DNA from: a virus
Direction: 5' to 3' (one strand)
Virus genome (UHGV): UHGV-0383210
DNA length: 36,548 nt
Both the position numbers and the translations under genes were made by a program. This document shows positions 30,499 to 36,548 of this stretch, one piece after another. Numbering within the stretch: the first letter of the stretch is position 1; the number at the start of each line of letters is the position of its first letter. The notes beneath the pieces are model-generated. The model made no database searches. It saw only the letters and a program-made list of their open reading frames with translations, and was not told where the DNA came from.

Positions 30499-31560
30499 AT
30501 GTCACAGAACTGGATGAGACATTTCGAGCTGCAGCTTGTGGACGGGAACGGTCAGGGAATTGAGCTAAGTGATTTCAAAGTCACCTTTACGATCGACTGG
30601 TTCAACATCAGCAGCGCGTCCCGGGTAGGGACTATCAAAATTTATAACCTCTCGGCAGATACTGTGAACCGAATCACCGGGAAGGAATTTTCGAAAGTGC
30701 GGCTGATTGCCGGTTACGACGGTATCGCGCCGGAGGTGGCGGCAAGCGACGTCGGGACCGTGCGCGAAGTCGACGCGGCAGATGTGGGCCAGAGTGATGG
30801 CCGCAACTACGGGCTGATTTTCAGCGGAGAAATTCGCTACTCGGTCACAGGAAAAGACAGCCCTATTGATTCCTATGTCCTGATTCAGGCAGCAGATACG
30901 GATCTGGCATTTGCCACCAGTATAACCTCACAGACGCTGGCTGCCGGTTACACGGTCGCTGATGTGAACCGTGCGCTGATGAAAGACTTCGAAGCCAAAG
31001 GCGCGACCGAAGGCCTGACGCCTGAAATGCCTGCTACTGTATTCCCCCGGGGGCGGGTGCTCTTTGGCATGACGCGGCATCTTATGGATAACGTAGCCGG
31101 GCAATGTGGCGCAACATGGCAATTCGTGGACGGTCAACGCCAGATGGTGGCGAATAACGAATATGTTCATGAAGCGATTGTGCTCAACAGCGCCACCGGG
31201 CTTATCGGCATGCCGCAGCAGACTATCGGCAACGGCGTAAACGTCCGCGCGCTTATTAATCCGAACATCCGGGTTAACGGACTTATTCAGCTGGATCAGG
31301 CTTCCGTGTATCGTACCGCCTTGTCGAACAACGATATTGCGATGGCTGGTGGTCAGATCACCGACCAGAACACGGATGGAAATATCACGCTAAGCGGCAC
31401 CACATCGCAGCCTGCCAGCATCGCAACGGATGGCGTTTATATTGTGCGCGGGATTATGTACACTGGCGACACAAGGGGCCAGGCGTGGTACATGGATATG
31501 ATGTGCGAAGCGCGTGGCGCGGCGGATCTGTATACGCGATCGGCTTTGCAAAGGGGATGA
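30499..31560 (+). CDS. Baseplate hub protein (P2 gpD / Mu gp44-like, 353 aa)
   Basis: Size and position after tape measure in a myovirus tail cluster. Confidence 0.5.
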   Translation: MSQNWMRHFELQLVDGNGQGIELSDFKVTFTIDWFNISSASRVGTIKIYNLSADTVNRITGKEFSKVRLIAGYDGIAPEVAASDVGTVREVDAADVGQSDGRNYGLIFSGEIRYSVTGKDSPIDSYVLIQAADTDLAFATSITSQTLAAGYTVADVNRALMKDFEAKGATEGLTPEMPATVFPRGRVLFGMTRHLMDNVAGQCGATWQFVDGQRQMVANNEYVHEAIVLNSATGLIGMPQQTIGNGVNVRALINPNIRVNGLIQLDQASVYRTALSNNDIAMAGGQITDQNTDGNITLSGTTSQPASIATDGVYIVRGIMYTGDTRGQAWYMDMMCEARGAADLYTRSALQRG

Positions 31561-31563
31561 GCA

Positions 31564-31905
31564 ATGAGGGGTATTATTTTTCTGTTAGCTGTTTTTTCTG
31601 CGTGCAGCGCGTGGGCGGATGGCTTCACGGTTAAATGCGGTGGCTACACTATGGTTGCAAACCAGGGCGAGTTATCGACTATCAACGGTGAAAGAGTTAC
31701 CTCTCAAAAAATCACCGAACTGGGTACCAATGGTTTGAAAGTAGACATGGGGCTTATGCCTGCCAAAGACGGTAACAACTACGGCTTTGAATACATTCGT
31801 CGCCCTGGCACCGAAACGCGTTTCCTGAACGTCCAGCTTCTGCAGAACAGCATGGATGCGCCTAAAATCATCGGATCATTCCCTTGTAAAAAGGCGTTAC
31901 GCTAA
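31564..31905 (+). CDS. Small secreted protein (113 aa) with N-terminal signal peptide; not an expected virion gene
   Basis: MRGIIFLLAVFSACSAWA signal-like N-terminus with AWA-DG cleavage context; SD AGGGGA; sits between hub and spike genes. Confidence 0.6.
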   Translation: MRGIIFLLAVFSACSAWADGFTVKCGGYTMVANQGELSTINGERVTSQKITELGTNGLKVDMGLMPAKDGNNYGFEYIRRPGTETRFLNVQLLQNSMDAPKIIGSFPCKKALR

Positions 31906-32000
31906 AGTTTGATGTCAATCTTCCGAGATGAGCGCTTTAAGGTTGACGAGATATTGTTCAAAGTTCACAATCACAATCCCTTTAGTAAGAGAAATAATCC

Positions 32001-32774
32001 ATGGCGGCAGGCATCCCATTAGAAAAAGCGCAAAAATATATTGAACAATTCAATGCGCTTCTATTGGATAGGGAAAGTTTAGATCCCTTCACTGAAAAGA
32101 AAATTCGAGAGGAACTTTCTGTCTCTCCAACGCCTGCTACCAACATTGCACTATCTTATCTGGATGCAATAACCGGAAAGATTGAAAGCGCGTTACGTTA
32201 TCTCAGGATAAGCCTAGAAGTAAACGATGTAACGTTGGCAATGCACTATCATCACATTTTAATTAATACATTTAGCTATAATGAACTCAAGGATGTCTAT
32301 GTCCCGCTGGCAAAGAAGTATCGGACAAAACTCTTTAGTCACAACGCATACAGTTGGGCGTACCGTTGCGGCGAGCGTGAACAGTTAAAATTTTATATGG
32401 AAGAGCACATTAAGCTTCTTTCTGAATCAGAAGGCAGGAGTAATGCTATGAAGCACAAAGAAGAACTCCTTGCAGAAATGGATAATTTCTATAGCGCCAC
32501 ACAGTGCTCGAAGGAACAGTTCCAGACCTTAGCATCCATAATCTGGGGCTTGCTAAGTGAATACAAGGCTACGACAGGTTTCGTTCAGCTTAGTGGAAGC
32601 GGTTGCTATGTTGTTGATATTAAAAATCTTGAGCCTAAAACTATTGCCAAAATGAACTTCGACTTGGCTGATAGAGTCTGCGCTGAATCTAAACTGGATG
32701 ATTGTTCCCTGTTAGCTAGATTTACCTCTCCGCGTCAGTTGCATACGGGGGTGAGCTACCATGTCGGTAACTAG
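32001..32774 (+). CDS. Hypothetical protein (257 aa), first gene of AT-rich two-gene insert
   Basis: ATG ORF, predicted soluble and helical by eye, no recognised motif; low GC relative to flanks. Confidence 0.6.
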   Translation: MAAGIPLEKAQKYIEQFNALLLDRESLDPFTEKKIREELSVSPTPATNIALSYLDAITGKIESALRYLRISLEVNDVTLAMHYHHILINTFSYNELKDVYVPLAKKYRTKLFSHNAYSWAYRCGEREQLKFYMEEHIKLLSESEGRSNAMKHKEELLAEMDNFYSATQCSKEQFQTLASIIWGLLSEYKATTGFVQLSGSGCYVVDIKNLEPKTIAKMNFDLADRVCAESKLDDCSLLARFTSPRQLHTGVSYHVGN

Positions 32775-33156
32775 CAATCAGATTCTCGATACCGCTCGAT
32801 TATGTCTGTCTGAAAATATTGAGAGTGGATTTCGAAGCGCTATCTCAAGGGCGTATTACAGTATGTTACATGAGTCTATTAGCTCACTTACTGCCATACC
32901 GCATTTTACCCATGAGCATCACAAAAATACTGTGGGTTATATGTCAACGCCCTCAGAGTGCAAATCAGAGCCATACCCGACAAATACACTGAAATCCCTA
33001 GCTTTCGTACTTCGCCAGTGGCGGGATGCTAGAAATGAAGCTGACTATGATCTGACGAATGTGACTGTTTCGAAAGAGATGGGACAGGATGCAATCGAGG
33101 CTGCTGAACTCTATTTTGAGCGCTGGGAACAGCTAAAGTCTGCTAGAGTTTCATGA
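32761..33156 (+). CDS. Hypothetical protein (131 aa), second gene of insert; tentative HEPN-like helical features
   Basis: ATG overlaps upstream gene by 14 nt with strong SD GGGGGTGAG; contains RAYYSMLH (R-x6-H) and RDARNEADY motifs. Confidence 0.6.
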   Translation: MSVTSNQILDTARLCLSENIESGFRSAISRAYYSMLHESISSLTAIPHFTHEHHKNTVGYMSTPSECKSEPYPTNTLKSLAFVLRQWRDARNEADYDLTNVTVSKEMGQDAIEAAELYFERWEQLKSARVS

Positions 33157-33173
33157 ATAAAATTAACGTTATC

Positions 33174-33196
33174 AAACCCGCTTCGGCGGGTTTTTT
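33174..33196 (+). terminator. Rho-independent terminator ending the two-gene insert
   Basis: AAACCCGC-ttcg-GCGGGTTT perfect 8-bp stem followed by TTTTTT. Confidence 0.8.
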
Positions 33197-33215
33197 GCTT
33201 TCTGGAGCCTACTAA

Positions 33216-33968
33216 ATGGCAGTATCTGACCAGACCCGCAGCGGCGACCTTGCCGAAACATTCAAATCTGAACGGGAAACAACAAAGAACCAGATCCGTG
33301 TCGCCTTGCCTGGCATTATTCAGTCATTCGATCCTGATGCGGTGACGGCAGTTGTGCAGCCTGCTATCCGTTCGGTTGAAAAGGATAATGACGGCAACCG
33401 CATTACCAAAAATTACCCATTGCTGGTGGATGTGCCAGTGGTATTCCCGCGCGGCGGAGGATGTACGCTAACGTTCCCAGTTAAAGCCGGTGATGAATGT
33501 TTGGTGATTTTTGCCGATCGTTGTATTGATTTCTGGTGGCAGAGTGGCGGGATACAGGAGTCGGTCGATGACAGAATGCATGATTTATCGGATGCGTTTT
33601 GTATTGTCGGTCCCCAGTCGCAGGCAAGGAAGATTAGCGGTATTAATACCAGTGCCACACAGTTGCGTAGTGATGACGGCAGCACCTATTTTGAGCTTAA
33701 TCCTGATACCAGGAAAATTAAAATTGTCGCTCCAGGTGGTCTTGATGTGGTTGCCCCTCTGGCTGATTTTTCTGAGAAAGTAACCATTCATGGCCTGTTA
33801 ACCTGGATGGGGGGCATGGTGGGGTCTGTGGTTTCTGGTGTGGCTTCAAAAATCACTGGTGCTGTTGAGTTTTTGGGGAGCGTGAAGGCTAATGGCAAGC
33901 CAATCGATGATACACACACTCATGGTGGTGTTCAGCGTGGTGGAAGCAGTACCGACGGGGTAAACTGA
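33216..33968 (+). CDS. Baseplate central spike / assembly protein V-like (250 aa)
   Basis: Gene order hub-spike-W-J-I typical of P2/Mu-like baseplates; SD GGAG. Confidence 0.5.
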   Translation: MAVSDQTRSGDLAETFKSERETTKNQIRVALPGIIQSFDPDAVTAVVQPAIRSVEKDNDGNRITKNYPLLVDVPVVFPRGGGCTLTFPVKAGDECLVIFADRCIDFWWQSGGIQESVDDRMHDLSDAFCIVGPQSQARKISGINTSATQLRSDDGSTYFELNPDTRKIKIVAPGGLDVVAPLADFSEKVTIHGLLTWMGGMVGSVVSGVASKITGAVEFLGSVKANGKPIDDTHTHGGVQRGGSSTDGVN

Positions 33969-34321
33969 TGCGATACAGACGTGAAGACGCCGATGGCGAT
34001 TACACCTTTGGCAGCGGTGATGACACCTGGCTGATTAACTCGCCTGAGGCCGTAGCGCAGGCTGTGAAAACGCGATTCGAATTGTGGTATGGGCAATGGT
34101 TTCTTGATACCACAGAGGGAACACCGTGGATCCAGTCCGTGCTGGGCAGGCAAAAACCAGAAACTTACAACCTGGCGATCCGTAAGCGCATCCTCGAAAC
34201 GCAGGGCGTTAAATCAATCCTCTCTTTCAATACGACGGTGGATACCACGACCCGACGTGTCATGTTTTCCGCTGAAATCGACACTCTCTATGGAATAACG
34301 ACTGTTACATCGGAGGCGTAA
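33968..34321 (+). CDS. Baseplate wedge protein, gpW/gp25-like (117 aa)
   Basis: Size and position immediately before J-like gene. Confidence 0.5.
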   Translation: MRYRREDADGDYTFGSGDDTWLINSPEAVAQAVKTRFELWYGQWFLDTTEGTPWIQSVLGRQKPETYNLAIRKRILETQGVKSILSFNTTVDTTTRRVMFSAEIDTLYGITTVTSEA

Positions 34322-35520
34322 TGGCTCTGAACCTTGATTCTCTCGGTTTATCTGCAAAGGTAACCGCGGAGGGGATCAGTGCGCCTGATTATCAGACGAT
34401 ACTCAGCACCCTGATTAGCTATTTTCAGCAGATTTATGGCAGTGATGCCTACCTCGAACCGGACAGCAAAGACGGCCAGATGGTGGCTCTGATGGCGCTG
34501 GCGATTCATGATGCCAATAATATGGCGATAACTGTCTACAACTGTTTTTCACCGGCAACCGGCTATGGGGCTGCACTGACCAGTAACGTGAAAATAAATG
34601 GTATTTCACGTAAAGGCGCGACGAACTCTACGGTTGATTTGCTTCTTACAGGAACTGCCGGAACAACCATCATTAATGGCAGCGTGAAAGACAGTAATAA
34701 TGTGATATGGCGTTTGCCTGCTTCAGTGGTGGTCGGCGTGGATGGTACAGTGATGGCGACCGCAACATGTTCCGTCAGTGGTGCAGTGGCGGCGCTGGCT
34801 GGAACTATCACTGAAATTAATACGCCAACCCGTGGCTGGGTTTCGGTAACTAATCCTGCTGCGGCTACTGTTGGTTCTCCGGCAGAAACTGATGCTGAGT
34901 TACGTATCCGCCAGTCGCAAAGTGTTGCGTTGCCATCAATAACCCCATTTGAAGCACTGGATGGTGCTGTTTCTAATGTTACCGGTGTAACCCGCCACAA
35001 ACTCTATGAAAACGATACTGGTTCGGAGGACGGTAACGGGTTACCGCCACACTCTGTTGCTGTAATTGTGGATGGCGGTGATGTGACGGATATTGCTCAG
35101 GCTATCAGAGGGAATAAAGGCCAGGGGACAGCCACTCACGGTACAACATCCGTTACGGTTCCGGATAAATACGGCAATCCCCATGTAATCAAATTCTCGC
35201 GTTCCAGTGATGTGCCTGTTTATGCCCGGATTAAATTAAAAGTTTTTACGGGTTATACCTCACAGATAGGGCAGCAGATCCAGCAGGCTATTTCCGACTA
35301 TATCAATAGTTTGACGATTGGTGATTCGGTCCTTTTAAGTCGCATTTACTCACCGGCGAATCTTGGCGTGGTGAGTGGCGGGAATGCACGCTATTACGAT
35401 ATTCAGGAACTGACGATTGGGAAATCCCCGGGGGCTTTGTCGTCATCAAACATTGATATCAGATACAACGAATCTGCGTCCTGTACCCCGGAAAATATCG
35501 TTATAACGGTGGAGTCATGA
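34321..35520 (+). CDS. Baseplate J-like protein (399 aa)
   Basis: Size and order in baseplate module. Confidence 0.55.
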   Translation: MALNLDSLGLSAKVTAEGISAPDYQTILSTLISYFQQIYGSDAYLEPDSKDGQMVALMALAIHDANNMAITVYNCFSPATGYGAALTSNVKINGISRKGATNSTVDLLLTGTAGTTIINGSVKDSNNVIWRLPASVVVGVDGTVMATATCSVSGAVAALAGTITEINTPTRGWVSVTNPAAATVGSPAETDAELRIRQSQSVALPSITPFEALDGAVSNVTGVTRHKLYENDTGSEDGNGLPPHSVAVIVDGGDVTDIAQAIRGNKGQGTATHGTTSVTVPDKYGNPHVIKFSRSSDVPVYARIKLKVFTGYTSQIGQQIQQAISDYINSLTIGDSVLLSRIYSPANLGVVSGGNARYYDIQELTIGKSPGALSSSNIDIRYNESASCTPENIVITVES

Positions 35521-36197
35521 GCAAATACACCGAACTAATCACGAACTACCACGCCACCAAACCTAAATTTCTTGCGCATGTTGATCTGATGACCCGGCCA
35601 CTTATTGATGTTTCGGCTGCCACCAGAGGGCTGATTACTGCATTTGATATTGACTCTGCGGTTGGTGTGCAACTTGACATTCTTGGATTGTGGATCGGAC
35701 GTAGCCGTGTTGTCAGCCAGCCTATCTCAGGTGTCTATTTCAGCTGGGATACCGACGGGCTTGGATATGATCAGGGTGTATGGCAGGGGCCATACGATCC
35801 TGATTCAGGATACATGTATCTCAGCGATGAAACTTATCGTGTCATCCTTAAAGCGAAGATTGCGATTAATAACTGGGATGGACGGAATGATTCGCTTCCG
35901 GCAATTCTTGACGCGGCGACAGCAGGATCCGGACTGCGAATGCAGATAGTCGATAACCAGGACATGACGATATCGGTCTGGGTCTTTCCTGATACTGATA
36001 TTTCAGATGTATCGCGTGAGTTAATTGCTGCAATTAAACAGGGATATCTCACAGTAAAAGCCGCCGGTGTGTGGGCGGGTGGCATTGAAACACCTTCGGT
36101 GGAAACCCCATCGGAAGGTTCAAAATTTTTTGGTTTTGATATGGATAACGAATTCATCAGTGGTTTTGATGTAGGGGCATGGGGAGTATTACTCTGA
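35517..36197 (+). CDS. Baseplate / tail protein I-like (226 aa)
   Basis: Follows J-like gene with ATGA overlap, precedes tail fibre. Confidence 0.5.
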   Translation: MSKYTELITNYHATKPKFLAHVDLMTRPLIDVSAATRGLITAFDIDSAVGVQLDILGLWIGRSRVVSQPISGVYFSWDTDGLGYDQGVWQGPYDPDSGYMYLSDETYRVILKAKIAINNWDGRNDSLPAILDAATAGSGLRMQIVDNQDMTISVWVFPDTDISDVSRELIAAIKQGYLTVKAAGVWAGGIETPSVETPSEGSKFFGFDMDNEFISGFDVGAWGVLL

Positions 36198-36548
36198 TGG
36201 CGAAAAATGACTTTAAAGCGTTTGCAACGGATCGAAATGCCAATGTTATGTCGCAGGAGGAATGGGAAGCGTTGCCTGCGCTTTTATCCGGATTTACAGC
36301 AGGGAAAGCATCCAGTGCGCAAGTCAATAAGGTTATTCGGCAGGCCAGCTTTATTGCTGCAGCTCTGGCCCAGTTTGTAAGTGACAAAACGCAACGGGAT
36401 GTGCTTGATAATGGTGATCTGCCCGGTTTTGTTGAATTGCTGGGATCGGGGTTTGCTGTTGAATACCTGAGCCGCAAGAATCCGTTTGGTGATATCAAAT
36501 CGGATGGCACGGTGAAAACGGCTCTCGAAAACCTTGGTTTGGGAGAAG
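36197..36548 (+). CDS. Tail fibre protein, N-terminal part only (truncated by window end)
   Basis: Open frame from ATG 36197 to window edge; position after baseplate I-like gene. Confidence 0.55.
   Translation, partial: MAKNDFKAFATDRNANVMSQEEWEALPALLSGFTAGKASSAQVNKVIRQASFIAAALAQFVSDKTQRDVLDNGDLPGFVELLGSGFAVEYLSRKNPFGDIKSDGTVKTALENLGLGE

Overview
The window is a near-complete temperate lambdoid phage genome or prophage segment of enterobacterial type. It runs from an attachment-site core (3' end of tRNA-Thr) and a P22-type integrase, through early, replication, nin, lysis, head and contractile-tail genes, and ends inside a tail fibre gene at the window edge. The genome is a mosaic: the immunity region is phage-434 type (cI, cro and six 14-bp operators read directly), the Red, cIII, N, cII, O, P and ren genes are lambda type, the lysis cassette is phage-21 type (pinholin and SAR endolysin), and the tail is a Mu/P2-like myovirus tail. 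Three cargo loci stand out against this backbone. The strongest candidate for an undescribed system is an AT-rich, self-terminated two-gene operon (32001-33156) inserted between the baseplate hub and spike genes, preceded by a small secreted protein. The second is a post-lysis island (14018-16318) carrying a signal-peptide-less trypsin-like serine protease behind an operator-like palindrome, plus a convergent pair of small genes. The third is a secreted-protein gene translationally coupled to cI in the position lambda uses for rexAB. No CRISPR array, rRNA or IS element was seen. All protein identifications rest on recalled sequences and motifs read by eye; no database search or computation was run, and function names for head and tail proteins are assigned mainly by size and gene order.
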